A stretch of 61,771 nucleotides of DNA, counting the filler. It is 6 parts of 6 records of this genome, joined end to end, with 100 filler letters (N's around TTAATTAATTAA, not from the genome) between each part and the next. Parts side by side here need not be neighbours in the genome. Positions count along the whole stretch, not along the records: positions 39,399 to 51,526 come from DRR723986_4212; 5 more parts are not named here. One strand, given 5' to 3'. The position numbers and the translations under genes are program-made. The number at the start of each line of letters is the position of its first letter. Within the stretch, counting starts at the first letter, position 1. Below the pieces are notes generated by a model. The model made no database searches. It was given only the letters and a program-made list of their open reading frames with translations, and was not told the origin of the DNA. Shown one piece after another: positions 39,399-50,616 of the stretch.

Positions 39399-39907
39399 AT
39401 CATGAGCGGTTCGAGAAAACCTATTTTGCCGATTATCCCGGATATTACTTCACCGGCGATGGCTGCAAACGTGATGCGGATGGCGATTATTGGATCACCG
39501 GCCGGGTTGATGATGTGATCAACGTATCTGGGCACCGGATGGGCACCGCCGAAGTGGAAAGCGCGCTTGTGGCCCATGCCAAGGTGGCGGAGGCGGCGGT
39601 TGTTGGCTACCCGCATGAGATCAAGGGACAGGGCATCTATTGCTATGTGACGTTGATGGGCGGCGAAGCGCCAAGCGACGAGCTGCGCCTTGAGTTGCGC
39701 AATTGGGTGCGCACGGAAATCGGGCCGATTGCCTCGCCCGATCTGATCCAATGGGCGCCCGGTCTACCGAAAACTCGGTCTGGCAAGATCATGCGGCGTA
39801 TCCTGCGCAAGATTGCCGAGAATGATTATGGCGCCCTGGGCGACACATCAACGCTCGCGGATCCGTCGGTGGTGGATGATCTGATCGAGAACCGGATGAA
39901 CCGCTGA
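39399..39907 (+). CDS. acs: Acetyl-CoA synthetase, C-terminal fragment
   Basis: [29 protein letters not shown] and [12 protein letters not shown]. Confidence 0.95.
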
Positions 39908-39918
39908 TCACAATGTAT

Positions 39919-39936
39919 GGGGGCCGTCCGGCCCCC
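39919..39936. terminator. GC-rich hairpin between convergent genes
   Basis: gggggccg-tc-cggccccc. Confidence 0.55.
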
Positions 39937-39950
39937 TATCCTTCGAACCG

Positions 39951-40361
39951 TTACTCTACTTCGGCCAGTAGTTTTGCGACATGCACCACGTCATCCTTGC
40001 TGAGCGGTTTGGATATGAAATCGCGCACGGCGTCATAGCTGGCTGCGCGGGCGCGATCATCGGGGGCGATGGATGTGGTCAACATAACAACGCAGACTTT
40101 GACAAACGCCGGGCCAAGATCACGGGTCGCCGCTGCCAGAAATTCAAAGCCGTTCATGCGAGGCATGTTGATATCCAGAAAAATCACATCGACCTCGGAA
40201 CGGTCCGGCCGCGCAAGGTAGTCCAGCGCTTCGGCCGCATATTGATAGCCGATCACTTGATCGACCAAACCTGACCGTTTCAGGATGCGCTCATACATCA
40301 TCTGATCAAACGGCTCATCATCGACAATCATCGCGCAGCCGATTTTATTTTGATCCGTCAT
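39951..40361 (-). CDS. Single-domain response regulator
   Basis: IVDDE, FLDINMPRMNG, MLTTS and SKPL. Confidence 0.92.
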   Translation of the reverse strand: MTDQNKIGCAMIVDDEPFDQMMYERILKRSGLVDQVIGYQYAAEALDYLARPDRSEVDVIFLDINMPRMNGFEFLAAATRDLGPAFVKVCVVMLTTSIAPDDRARAASYDAVRDFISKPLSKDDVVHVAKLLAEVE

Positions 40362-41518
40362 TTGGCATCCTCGTCAGTTCGCGCTGGCAGGATCAACGAG
40401 AAACAGCTGCCTTCACCGGGGGTGGAAGCCACCTCAAGGGTGCCTTTGTGGATCATCGCAATCCGCAGGCACAGCGGCAGCCCAATGCCAGTGCCGGCAA
40501 AGTTGTCTCGGGTGTGCAATCGCTGGAATAACGCAAAGATGCGCGGCTGGTCGGCCTCCGAGATGCCAATGCCATTGTCGGTGAACCGAATAATGACTTT
40601 GCCATCAACCGGATCAGTATCTGCATCAATGCGCACCACCGGAGCCACATCTTTTTGGTGAAATTTGATCCCGTTGCTGATCAGGTTCTGGAACAGGATA
40701 TTCATCTGGGTGGCGGCCCCGTTTACCCAAGGCAGCGGGCCAATTTTGACCTCGCCATTCGCCACCAGAATATCAGCCTGAAGCGCGGCCACGGCCTCTG
40801 CGGCGACTTTTGACAGATCCAGCGGTTCCAGCTTTGGCTCCAGACCAATAACGCTTGTGTAATCAAGGATATCGTCGATCTGGGTCTGCATCCTCGCAAC
40901 TGTCGTTTGTGCCATATCGAGGATGGATTTTGCCTCATCGCCCTCTGCGCCAAATTCCAGATGCTCCATCTCGTCCAACAGCAGTTTGAGCGTGTTTGCC
41001 GGGGCTTTCATGTCATGGGAGACAGAATAGGCAAATGATTTCAACTCAGAATTGGCCAGCTCTGCCGCGCGCCATCCCTCGCGCGCATTCTCTTCGGATT
41101 TTTTGACAGCGGTCATATCAGTATGGGCGCCCAACATGCGGATCGGCTTGCCTGTTTCATCGCGGATCGCAAGGCCGCGGCATCGCACCCAAACCACCGA
41201 GCCATCTGCATGGCGATAGCGCACCACCTGATCGTAGGGGCAATCGGGATCGGCGCAATGGGCCTCAAAATTCTTGAGGGCCAATGCCAGATCTTCGGGA
41301 AAGATGATGTCCTGCCATTCATCCGGCGAATGGGTCTTGGTCGCGGGGTCAATCCCGAACAATTGCCATAATTCGGGGCTCATCCACTCGTTCGCCGGAT
41401 CTTCCAGATCCCAATACCAGATCCCGTCAAGCGAACCTTGCTGGATAAAGTTCCAAGTGCTTTCGTCCGACTGGATCAGATCGGTCAATTCCGCTTTGAG
41501 ATAATTGTTATCTTTCAC
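40358..41518 (-). CDS. PAS-domain sensor histidine kinase
   Basis: PAS/PAC region (GIWYWD, DGSVVWV), H-box SHDMKAP, NLISNGIKF, DNGIG and GTGIGL. Confidence 0.93.
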   Translation of the reverse strand: MKDNNYLKAELTDLIQSDESTWNFIQQGSLDGIWYWDLEDPANEWMSPELWQLFGIDPATKTHSPDEWQDIIFPEDLALALKNFEAHCADPDCPYDQVVRYRHADGSVVWVRCRGLAIRDETGKPIRMLGAHTDMTAVKKSEENAREGWRAAELANSELKSFAYSVSHDMKAPANTLKLLLDEMEHLEFGAEGDEAKSILDMAQTTVARMQTQIDDILDYTSVIGLEPKLEPLDLSKVAAEAVAALQADILVANGEVKIGPLPWVNGAATQMNILFQNLISNGIKFHQKDVAPVVRIDADTDPVDGKVIIRFTDNGIGISEADQPRIFALFQRLHTRDNFAGTGIGLPLCLRIAMIHKGTLEVASTPGEGSCFSLILPARTDEDAK

Positions 41519-41810
41519 ACGTGCCCCGAACGTTGTGTGCCTGTGCAGATTGGAGAGTTAATCGATCGCTAAAGGCCAATCATTGAGAAGAGGTTAAATT
41601 TTTTCGGATTTGCCGCCCGTCCTTGCCTCGCCGCCCCAGTTTATCGGCCACTTGGGCGAAGAATTCTTGGAAATGCCGCATTTTGACCCTGCGCAATGCG
41701 CATTCGCGCCCTAGATAGAAGGTCTAAGAAACCGATCCAGAGCAGAAAAGGCGCAAGCTCCTATGGCGCGTTATGGACAATTACAGGCAGCCGTGGCACC
41801 GCTTGGCGCG

Positions 41811-42323
41811 ATGGATGACGATGTGATCACTTTTGCCCCGCAATCTGATGATGGGGCGGCCCTGCGCCACGCTTTTGGGCGGTTCGGCACAGGTGTTACC
41901 GTCGTGACAGTGGATACCCCGACGGGGCCGATTGGCATGACGGCCAATAGCTTTTCGTCGATCTCCCTTGACCCGCCGCTGGTGCTTTGGTCGCCTGCTT
42001 TGCGCTCCCAGCGCCATGACGCTTTTGTGCAGGCCTCGCATTTTTGCATTCACGTGCTGGGGGATGATCAACAACGGCTTGCCGATCACTTTGCCCGCAA
42101 TGGCGACGGGTTTGACCGCTTCGATTGGACACCCGGTGATCATGGCACACCGCATCTGGCGGGCTGTCTGGCCGCGTTCCAGTGCGAGACTTTTGCGGTG
42201 CATCCTGCTGGTGATCATTCGATTGTTCTGGGCAAAGTCACCGAGGTCACAGAGCGGCGCGGCAAAGGCGCCGGTTTGATGTTTGATCAGGGCCGCTTTG
42301 GCCGGTTTCAGCCCAACAGCTGA
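41811..42323 (+). CDS. Flavin reductase family protein
   Basis: FGTGVTVVT, GMTANSFSSISLDPPL and AGDH. Confidence 0.92.
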   Translation: MDDDVITFAPQSDDGAALRHAFGRFGTGVTVVTVDTPTGPIGMTANSFSSISLDPPLVLWSPALRSQRHDAFVQASHFCIHVLGDDQQRLADHFARNGDGFDRFDWTPGDHGTPHLAGCLAAFQCETFAVHPAGDHSIVLGKVTEVTERRGKGAGLMFDQGRFGRFQPNS

Positions 42324-42326
42324 CCC

Positions 42327-45300
42327 TCAGTAATCTTTCTCGAAAAAGATCCCCAGACCGCTGTTCCCGTCAGAGCCAAGCGTGCCCTTGGCCTTGAGGT
42401 TCGGCGTGAGGTCAAGGTTTAGCGACACCTCCCCCGTTCCATCCGAGGCCGCCGTGATGTCGGTATAGATATTCTCGGAGATATATTTGCCCGCCCGCAC
42501 GGCGGTTGCGCCATTTCTGTTGGTGGTGACGTCAAGATCATCCAGCCCAAAGCCGTCGCGCAGGTTCGAGATCACGCCGCCGCCACCACGGCCGGCCAAG
42601 GTGGCCACCGCCCCCGCCAGTTGCAGCGCCTGAAAGGCAGAGATGTCCGACAGGTTGCGATCAAACAGAAGCTGCGCCAGCACTTCGTCCTGCGGTGCGT
42701 CCGGTGTGGATTCGAACGACACTTTGGGACTATCTGCAGGGCCATCCACGATCACCCGCGCCTCGCCCATCTTGGTATCGGTCGCGGAGACAAAGCGGAT
42801 GTTGGGGATAAGATCCCCAAGGAAAAAGATCGAGCCTTCAACCAGATTGAAGCGTTTCCCCAGAATATCGAGCCGCCCGCGGATCAACTCAAACGCTCCG
42901 GTTGAGATCACCCGGTTGGTGCTGCCTGTGACCTTGAGACTGCCGCCCAGTTCGGCGTCCAGCCCTCGGCCCCGTACAAAGATGCGGCGCGGCGCGTTCA
43001 CTTGAATGTCCAGTCCAAAACCCGGTCCGCTGGCCTGTGCCGCCGGATCTGTGCCTGCCCCTGCGCCGGTCAGCCCGGCCTTTCTGCGGGTGGACAAAAC
43101 CGGCCGCGTTGCCCCGATATGGTTGATCTGCGGGATGTCACCAATACTGGTCATGCCAGTGGAGGGCACGCTTACATTGGTTTCGCCCACGTCAATTTGC
43201 CCGCTGATCCTTGCGCCGCCTGTCAATGGTCCGGCAAGGCGCAGCGCCCCGCGCAGCGAGGTTTGGTAAAGCTGTGGATCAATCAACACCAGATCGCGCA
43301 GCGCAATGTTCAGATCCGCAGGCAAGGCGGGAGTCAGGGTCACCGCCCCTTCTGCCCGCAGGGTGCCGCCGCTGACCGCTTGTCCCTGCACATCAATCAC
43401 CGCGCGGTTCCCGCCCAGTTGAACCCGCGCCGCGATATTGTGCAACGCAACGCGCAGGTTGGGCGCGGTAAAGGACGCATTGTTCGTTTGCACGGTCCCG
43501 CTGAGGGAGGACAGAGCGGCAGGGCCATTGATCGCCAGATCAAACCGGGCCTGCCCCTGCAAATTACGCGGCGCAAGGAAGGGACGGCTAAGGCCCAGCG
43601 GCACATCCCCGCGCAGTGTAGCGTTCATCGTGCCGTCGGTGTTGACCAGCCCCGCAAAATTCGCCTGAGTGCCGGATGGGCCGTTGGCGTCCGTATCAAC
43701 GCGCCAGCCGTTCCCCTGTTTGCGGGCGCTTCCACTAAGGTTGAGCGGCCCGTTCACCTTGTCCACCACCGCCCCGATGTTTGGCATCGCCAGTGTAAAA
43801 TCAACTGCCGCTGTCGGGCCTGTCACGACCCCTTGGACAGAGGCGCGGGTGTTGTAGGGACCGGTGGCATTGGTATTGACCGCGATCCCTTGCGGGGTCT
43901 GTCGCAGCACGCCTTTGGCGGCCAAGGGGCCAGATACACCGGGGGCCAGCGGGCGCACATCGGGCAAGGAAACATCAAAGGTCAGCGCCATATCCGGCCC
44001 CGTGGCAAGCCCCTCGACCAGCGCCTTGGCCCCAAAGGGACCGCTGGCCGCCGTGTCGATGAAAAAGCCCTTGTCGGTTTGTTTGACAGTGCCTGTTGCC
44101 TTGAGTGGCCCGTCAAGCTGTTCGGCCAGCGGGCGCACCTCCGGCACATCCAGTTCAAACCGGATGTCCACCGCAGGCGTCACCGCGCCATTCACCGTGG
44201 CCGTCGCCTTATAAGGACCATCGGTCTGCGCCTCGATGCGCCAGCCGCTGACGTCCTGTGTTGCGATCACCGCCGCCTGCACCGGTCCGCTATATTGAGG
44301 CAGCACCGTCCCGATGTCCTTGAGTGTGGCATTGAGTTCGGCGCGGCTGCCTTCGCTGCGCAATTCGGCATCACCGCTAAGATCCAGCGCCGCGTTGCGC
44401 AGGGACAGATCGCGCAGAAAGGTGCCATCGGCGGTGCGTTTGGCGACCACATCCAGAACCGTGCGCCCCCGCAGCAGGGCATCTGCCTGCGCCACGCCAA
44501 TGGCCAGATTCTGTGTCGTGCCTTTGATCTGCACGCCAAATTCACCGCTGAGCGGGGTCACCTCTCCGGCCACGGCCAAATCACTGCGCCCGTCCAGTTC
44601 CTGCCCCGCCAAAGCCGAGAACCGGCTGAGATCATCGGCCTTGAGCAGCATATCGAGTTGCGTGGCAAAGCCTTCGGCCAGCCCTTGAATCACCGCCATA
44701 CCAGACAGCCCGTAATCGGTGCCCGTCAAGGTCAGCCCGTCAACTCGGGTCGGTTGCCCTTCGGCATAGGACACGGTCGCCGCGCCGGTGATCCGCTCGC
44801 CCAGCGCCTCGGACATGGCCGGATCAGAAAGCGCAATGCCCGCAGCCTCAACCGTCACATCGCCGTCAAAGGCCCGCAGACTGCCCTGCGCCGATTGCAA
44901 TGATCCGTCCAGCGCGATCCGGCTTTGCCGCACCGCGATGCCGCCCATCACCAGACCCGCGGTATCGAACACCGCTTTGACGGCATCGCCCTTGGCTGCG
45001 TCATAGGCGATCTTGAGGTCGGCCTTGTCCACACTCAGACCCGCGCCGCCCGCAGGCAAAACCACAGGCGTGCCATCAGCGCTGGCGATCTGGCCACCGA
45101 TGTCGATGAGCACTGGCCAGCTTTCCGCGGTCAGCGCCAGCTTGCCCTCAACCTGCGCCGACTGCGCCTTGAGGGCGAAGGCATCCACCGCCAATGCGCC
45201 ATTGGCCTCCTGCACTGCATCCAGTGTCAGGCGCAGGTCATCGCCAAAAAACGCGCGGTATCGGGGGGCCAGCAAGGCGGTGATGTCGCCGCCAATGTCC

Positions 45301-46124
45301 GCCTGAATGCGCCGGTCCGGTGTGTCGGAGGCGCGGCGCGGGGCCTGTGCGCCGATTGTGATCTGCCCGGCCAGCCGTTCCTGCCCTTGGGTCGCAACCA
45401 CGACCTCGCTGGCAAAATCATCCAGTGGGCCGTTGCCAGCAACTTGCAGATCCACCGAAGGTTGCCCCGGCAGATTAAGCAGCTTGGCCGCGATGCCATT
45501 CTCGCCTTCGCTAAGTTGGACCAGCAAATCCAAGATGTTGTCGGTTCGGGCAAAATTGGCCCGGATTGCAAAACTGCCGCGTTTGTTGTCTGTGCGATTT
45601 GCGGTCACATCCACATCCGCCACCGCGTCCGTCAGACGCGCCGAGGCCGCTACCTTGAGCTGTGCCGCCTCGCCCAGCAGGGGCGCGCCGAGATTGATCT
45701 GCTGCACCGCAAATTCCGCCAGTTCCACCGAGACCGGCAATTCCGGCAGGCTGAAGGGGGTGGCCTCTGCCTGCGGCAATGCGTTTTCATCGGGCAAAGG
45801 CAGACGCGGGATATCCAGTTTCTGCGCGGTCAGTTTTTCCACCTCAAGCCGCCCGCGCAGCAGCGCGGAACGATTCCAGACCAGTTCCACCCCATCAAGG
45901 GTCAGCCAGACGCCATCGCGGTCGGCGATGGTCATCCGGTCGAACGATGCGGAAGAGCTGAGCGCGCCTTTGAACCCATCAATACTGACGTCGCGCCCTG
46001 CGCCGCTGAGGGCATCCTGGATGGCGCGGGTCAGGAAACCTTTGTCATCCTCTTGGGCCAGCGCTGCGCCTATCCCCAGAGCCCAGAACACCAAAACGAG
46101 GAGGAAACGAAAACAACCCATCAA
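42327..46124 (-). CDS. tamB: Translocation/assembly module TamB
   Basis: 1265 aa, N-terminal TM and a C-terminal DUF490-like region (GRGLDAELGG...FFEKDY); overlaps the tamA stop. Confidence 0.92.
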   Translation of the reverse strand: MMGCFRFLLVLVFWALGIGAALAQEDDKGFLTRAIQDALSGAGRDVSIDGFKGALSSSASFDRMTIADRDGVWLTLDGVELVWNRSALLRGRLEVEKLTAQKLDIPRLPLPDENALPQAEATPFSLPELPVSVELAEFAVQQINLGAPLLGEAAQLKVAASARLTDAVADVDVTANRTDNKRGSFAIRANFARTDNILDLLVQLSEGENGIAAKLLNLPGQPSVDLQVAGNGPLDDFASEVVVATQGQERLAGQITIGAQAPRRASDTPDRRIQADIGGDITALLAPRYRAFFGDDLRLTLDAVQEANGALAVDAFALKAQSAQVEGKLALTAESWPVLIDIGGQIASADGTPVVLPAGGAGLSVDKADLKIAYDAAKGDAVKAVFDTAGLVMGGIAVRQSRIALDGSLQSAQGSLRAFDGDVTVEAAGIALSDPAMSEALGERITGAATVSYAEGQPTRVDGLTLTGTDYGLSGMAVIQGLAEGFATQLDMLLKADDLSRFSALAGQELDGRSDLAVAGEVTPLSGEFGVQIKGTTQNLAIGVAQADALLRGRTVLDVVAKRTADGTFLRDLSLRNAALDLSGDAELRSEGSRAELNATLKDIGTVLPQYSGPVQAAVIATQDVSGWRIEAQTDGPYKATATVNGAVTPAVDIRFELDVPEVRPLAEQLDGPLKATGTVKQTDKGFFIDTAASGPFGAKALVEGLATGPDMALTFDVSLPDVRPLAPGVSGPLAAKGVLRQTPQGIAVNTNATGPYNTRASVQGVVTGPTAAVDFTLAMPNIGAVVDKVNGPLNLSGSARKQGNGWRVDTDANGPSGTQANFAGLVNTDGTMNATLRGDVPLGLSRPFLAPRNLQGQARFDLAINGPAALSSLSGTVQTNNASFTAPNLRVALHNIAARVQLGGNRAVIDVQGQAVSGGTLRAEGAVTLTPALPADLNIALRDLVLIDPQLYQTSLRGALRLAGPLTGGARISGQIDVGETNVSVPSTGMTSIGDIPQINHIGATRPVLSTRRKAGLTGAGAGTDPAAQASGPGFGLDIQVNAPRRIFVRGRGLDAELGGSLKVTGSTNRVISTGAFELIRGRLDILGKRFNLVEGSIFFLGDLIPNIRFVSATDTKMGEARVIVDGPADSPKVSFESTPDAPQDEVLAQLLFDRNLSDISAFQALQLAGAVATLAGRGGGGVISNLRDGFGLDDLDVTTNRNGATAVRAGKYISENIYTDITAASDGTGEVSLNLDLTPNLKAKGTLGSDGNSGLGIFFEKDY

Positions 46125-47938
46125 AACGACTGCCCGATACCGATGTAGACCTGCACATTCTCGCCCGTGTCCGGGCCCGAGGTTGGCACTGCCACGTCAA
46201 AACGGATCGGCCCGATGCCCGTGGCATAACGCAGGCCAAGCCCTGCGCCGGAATGCCACTCGCCGGAGCCGTCGATGAATTCCTCTGCACCGATGTATCC
46301 CGCATCGGCAAAGCCAACCAGACCGATGCTGTCGGTCAGGGAAACACGCGCCTCTGCCGACAGGCCGACAAAGCTGCGCCCGCCGACAGTGTTACCGCCC
46401 CCCAGATCGACGCCCAGCGCCTGATAGGGTTGGCCCCGCACGGTGCCGCCGCCGCCAGAATAGAAGAGGTAATCCGCCGGCGCCGTGCTCAGATCCGGGC
46501 CAAAGACCGATCCGAACTGCCCGCGAAACGCCAAAGTGACCGGGCGGGTGCTGCCAAAGGTGCGGTAGGCACGGGCGTCCACATAGGTGCGCAACCCGTT
46601 GTCAGACCCGCTGAGCGCGACAAAGGGGGTGACGGCGGCCTTGAGATAATAGCCTGATGTGGCATCCAGCCGGTCGTCGCGATAGTCAAACTCAGCCGAC
46701 AGTGGCAGGGTCAGCAGGGTATAGCGGTTGGTGCCAAAGGCATCGCGGGTTTCCGCCCGGCGCAGACCAAGGCCCAGCGTATAGGTGCGCTGTTCATTGG
46801 CGTAGCGTTTGATCCCCGCCTCAAGGTCCAACTGGCGCGAGAAAAAGTTCACCTCGTCCAACTGCGCGAGACTGGCCAGCGCATAAAAATCCGTATCCGC
46901 GTTGAATGTCGCGGGGCGATCAAATCGTGCGGACGAACGATAATCCTCGCCGCCGGAATTGCCGCCGATGCCCTTGACCTCACCCTCCAGCCGCAGGCTT
47001 TCGGCCCCGCCCAGCAGGTTACGATGCAGCCAGAACCCGCTCAGCGTCAGCCCCTCAAGCGAGGACAGTTCTGCGCCGAAACCGAACCGGCGCTTGGGCG
47101 CTTCGGTGATTTGGGCGGTGATTGGCAGTGTATCGTCCGGTCCGATCATCTCGGCCTCGATCAAGGCGGCAGAGCTGAACGCGCCCGTGCGGCGCAGACG
47201 GCGCTGGGATAATTTCAGATCATCCGGCGAAAACACCTTGCCCACTGGCAGATCGGCGATCTGGCGAATGCGTTTGGTGCGCACATCCTTGTTGCCCTTC
47301 ACCTGCAACGGACCGAAGCGCAGCTTGGGTCCGGGGGCGAGGCGCAGTCTGGCGGTGATGGTCTTGTCAGGATGCCGTGCCGACAGTTGTTGATCCGCCA
47401 GCGCGGCCTTGGCATGGCCATGCGCCCGCCATCCGTCGATGCCATCCGACACGGTCTCTTTCAAAACCCCCAGACCTGCCACTTGCCCCTTCGCAAATCT
47501 TTCGGGAAGCTCTGTGCCGGGGGCCAGCGGCGCGATTTCGACACCGCCAAAGCGGAACAGGGGGCCAGGCGTGACCGAGATCACCGCGCGGTCGATGCGG
47601 CGCGGCGGTTTGACGGGAGGGATATTGGCCGCATCCGTCCCATCCAGCGTGATCTTGATTACTGGGCCAAAATATCCGTTGTCATAAAGCACCGCCAGAA
47701 GACGACCATAATCGGCCTGCGCCGCCGCGACGGTTTCCTGCGTGGAGGGCTGTGTGTCGGATTGCCCTTGCTCAACCAACAGCGAGCCGCCCAGAAGTGT
47801 TTGATAAAGATCGCTGCCTTCCGGCACGCCAGTGATGCGGACATCCGCTGCCTCAGCCGCAAAAGCCACACCAATAGACACAGCAGCGCTCAGCAAAGCC
47901 AACCGCCCGGCCTGAAAACCCATAGACATCACACGCAC
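46121..47938 (-). CDS. tamA: Omp85-family translocation/assembly module TamA
   Basis: POTRA-like N-terminus, GGGGTVRG, GLRYATGIGPIRFD and C-terminal GIGQSF. Confidence 0.92.
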   Translation of the reverse strand: MRVMSMGFQAGRLALLSAAVSIGVAFAAEAADVRITGVPEGSDLYQTLLGGSLLVEQGQSDTQPSTQETVAAAQADYGRLLAVLYDNGYFGPVIKITLDGTDAANIPPVKPPRRIDRAVISVTPGPLFRFGGVEIAPLAPGTELPERFAKGQVAGLGVLKETVSDGIDGWRAHGHAKAALADQQLSARHPDKTITARLRLAPGPKLRFGPLQVKGNKDVRTKRIRQIADLPVGKVFSPDDLKLSQRRLRRTGAFSSAALIEAEMIGPDDTLPITAQITEAPKRRFGFGAELSSLEGLTLSGFWLHRNLLGGAESLRLEGEVKGIGGNSGGEDYRSSARFDRPATFNADTDFYALASLAQLDEVNFFSRQLDLEAGIKRYANEQRTYTLGLGLRRAETRDAFGTNRYTLLTLPLSAEFDYRDDRLDATSGYYLKAAVTPFVALSGSDNGLRTYVDARAYRTFGSTRPVTLAFRGQFGSVFGPDLSTAPADYLFYSGGGGTVRGQPYQALGVDLGGGNTVGGRSFVGLSAEARVSLTDSIGLVGFADAGYIGAEEFIDGSGEWHSGAGLGLRYATGIGPIRFDVAVPTSGPDTGENVQVYIGIGQSF

Positions 47939-48145
47939 TCAATCGCCCTTCGCTACACCACCGCCGCGGTTGTCCGCGGTCAAACCTCTGTCGAAGCACT
48001 TAGGGCGATTTAGCGTGATTTCTGCCGTAGCCGCAAACTGTCTCTTGCGGCAAAGGGTCATTCAGACCACTAAATCTGGCAATTTTCCGTGATCTGCGGG
48101 CTATCGGGACGAAAGCGGCGATAATCCGCACATGAGGGATGTGCG

Positions 48146-48793
48146 TTAGCGCCCCAGTTGCGATGCGGCGCGGGCCAACTGGGTAATGCCATCCCAATCC
48201 TGCGCAGCGACCAGATCCCTGGGGGCGACCCAACTGCCGCCTGCGCAGATCACATTGGACAGTGACAGGTAGTTTTCCGCATTGGCAGGACTGACGCCGC
48301 CGGTGGGGCAAAAGCTGATTTGTGGCAGAGGGGCGCCAATGGCCTTGAGCGCGGGTGCGCCGCCCGAGGCTTCGGCAGGAAAGAACTTCAGCATATCATA
48401 GCCGCGTGCCAACAGAACCATTGCCTCACTTGCCGTGGCCGCACCGGGCAGAAGCGGCATGTCTTGATCCGCGCAGGCCGCCAGCAAGTCATCCGTTGCC
48501 CCCGGAGACACGCCAAAGGTCGCGCCAGCCGCCTTGGCCGCACGCACATCTTCTGGGGTGATCAACGTGCCTGCCCCGACATGCCCGCCCGGCACCTGCG
48601 CCATGATGGAAATGGCCTCAAGCGCCGCGGGGGTGCGCAAAGTCACCTCAAGGGCGGGCAAGCCGCCCGCGATCAGCGCCTCTGCCAAAGGCCCCGCAGT
48701 GGCCGGATCGTCGATCACCAACACCGGCACAATCGGAGCCAAAGCGCAGATGGCGCGGGTTTGACGGCTTGCGTCTTTTGCACTCTGGGTCAT
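48146..48793 (-). CDS. eda: KDPG aldolase
   Basis: LEVTLRT, VGAGT, VSPG, LKFFPAE and CPTGG. Confidence 0.97.
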   Translation of the reverse strand: MTQSAKDASRQTRAICALAPIVPVLVIDDPATAGPLAEALIAGGLPALEVTLRTPAALEAISIMAQVPGGHVGAGTLITPEDVRAAKAAGATFGVSPGATDDLLAACADQDMPLLPGAATASEAMVLLARGYDMLKFFPAEASGGAPALKAIGAPLPQISFCPTGGVSPANAENYLSLSNVICAGGSWVAPRDLVAAQDWDGITQLARAASQLGR

Positions 48794-48796
48794 GGA

Positions 48797-50605
48797 TCAA
48801 CCTCCAAAAATCGTTGCGCCGCTGTCCGCACCGCCCACGGTGTTGCGGAACATGGCAAAAAGTTCACGGCCCGTACCGGCCTGATTGCCCGACAGATCGG
48901 CGGCGGCGGCTTTGCGGTCCGCCACCCCTTCTGTGAGGATCTGCAAGCTGCCTGCCACCGCATCCACGCGCAGCACATCGCCGTCCTGCAATCTGGCAAT
49001 CGGGCCGCTGTCCAAGGCTTCGGGGCAAACGTGGATCGCGGCGGGCACCTTGCCCGATGCGCCCGACATGCGCCCATCCGTGACCAGCGCGACCTTCTGC
49101 CCGCGCCCCTGCAAGATCGACAGCAGCGGTGTGAGGCTGTGCAATTCGGGCATGCCGTTGGCCTTTGGCCCCTGAAACCGCACCACCACGATGACATCCC
49201 CGGTCAACTCGCCCGCCTTGAAGGCCGCTTTGACGCTGTCCTGATCGGCAAAGACCCGCACGGGCGCTTCGACGATCTGATGCTCGGGCGCGACGGCAGA
49301 AACCTTCATCACCGCCGTACCTAGGGTGCCGGTCAGGCGGCGCAAACCACCGGTCGGGGCAAAGGCTTCGGCCACCGGGCGCAGAATGCCGGGGTTGAGA
49401 GAGGCGTCAGGGCCGTCCTGCCAAGAAAGCTCACCATCCAGCAGCTTGGGATCGCGGGTGTAATGGGCCAGTCCGTTCCCCGCGACGGTCTTGGTATCGG
49501 GATGCAGAAGACCGGCCTTCAGCAACTCGCCAATCATATAGCCCAAACCGCCCGCCGCATGGAAATGATTCACATCTGCCAGCCCGTTTGGATACACCCG
49601 CGCCATCAGCGGCGTAATATCGCTCAGGTCGGAAAAGTCCTGCCAATCCAATATGATACCGCCCGCCTTGGCCATGGCGACAAGGTGGATCAACAGATTG
49701 GTTGAGCCGCCCGTGGCGTTCAACCCGACAATCCCGTTCACAAAGGCGCGTTCATCCAGAATATCGCAAACCGGCGTGTAATTGTCCCCCAAGGCCGACA
49801 GGCCCAGCGCCTGTTTGGCCCCATGCACCGTCAAGGCCTCGCGCAGCGGGGTGTTTGGCGTGACAAAGCTTGCGCCGGGCAGATGCAAGCCCATGAATTC
49901 CATCAACATCTGGTTGGTGTTGGCAGTGCCGTAAAAGGTACAGGTGCCGGGGCCGTGGTAGGCAGCCATTTCGGCGGCCATCAGGGCATCGCGGCCCACT
50001 TCTCCGGCGGCAAACTTCTGGCGGACCTTGGCTTTTTCGTCATTGGCCAGACCGCTTTGCATCGGACCTGCCGGCAGGAACACCGCCGGCAAATGGCCAA
50101 AGGCCTGCGCCGCGATCACAAGGCCCGGCACGATCTTGTCACAGACCCCAAGAAATACCGCCGCGTCAAAGGTATTGTGGCTGAGCGCGACTGAGGCCGC
50201 GAGGGCAATCACATCGCGTGAAAACAGGCTCAGTTCCATCCCCGCCTCGCCTTGGGTCACGCCATCGCACATCGCAGGCACGCCGCCCGCGACCTGCGCG
50301 GTGCCGCCGATGGCCCGCACCGCCGCTTTGATCTGTTCGGGATAGGTTTCAAAGGGTTGATGCGCCGAGAGCATATCGTTGTAGGTGGTGACAATGCCCA
50401 GATTGCCCGCAGAGGTCTGCGCCAAGGCATCTTTGTCCTCGCCCGACGCCGCATAGGCATGGGCCTGACCGCTGCAAGACAGATGGGCGCGGGCCGGACC
50501 TTTGCCCTGCGCGGCACGCATCTGTTCCAGATAGGCGGCGCGGGTTGGCGCGCTGCGCTCAATAATGCGATCCGTAACGGATTTAACGGTTGGATGCAGT
50601 GTCAT
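48797..50605 (-). CDS. edd: 6-phosphogluconate dehydratase
   Basis: [34 protein letters not shown] and TDGRMSGAS. Confidence 0.97.
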   Translation of the reverse strand: MTLHPTVKSVTDRIIERSAPTRAAYLEQMRAAQGKGPARAHLSCSGQAHAYAASGEDKDALAQTSAGNLGIVTTYNDMLSAHQPFETYPEQIKAAVRAIGGTAQVAGGVPAMCDGVTQGEAGMELSLFSRDVIALAASVALSHNTFDAAVFLGVCDKIVPGLVIAAQAFGHLPAVFLPAGPMQSGLANDEKAKVRQKFAAGEVGRDALMAAEMAAYHGPGTCTFYGTANTNQMLMEFMGLHLPGASFVTPNTPLREALTVHGAKQALGLSALGDNYTPVCDILDERAFVNGIVGLNATGGSTNLLIHLVAMAKAGGIILDWQDFSDLSDITPLMARVYPNGLADVNHFHAAGGLGYMIGELLKAGLLHPDTKTVAGNGLAHYTRDPKLLDGELSWQDGPDASLNPGILRPVAEAFAPTGGLRRLTGTLGTAVMKVSAVAPEHQIVEAPVRVFADQDSVKAAFKAGELTGDVIVVVRFQGPKANGMPELHSLTPLLSILQGRGQKVALVTDGRMSGASGKVPAAIHVCPEALDSGPIARLQDGDVLRVDAVAGSLQILTEGVADRKAAAADLSGNQAGTGRELFAMFRNTVGGADSGATIFGG

Positions 50606-50616
50606 GGTCTGTCCTT

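Noticed and set aside
43002-46278. Long plus-strand ORFs (633, 407 and 323 aa) and similar ones elsewhere
   Set aside because: They are antisense shadows of well-supported genes such as tamB in GC-rich DNA.
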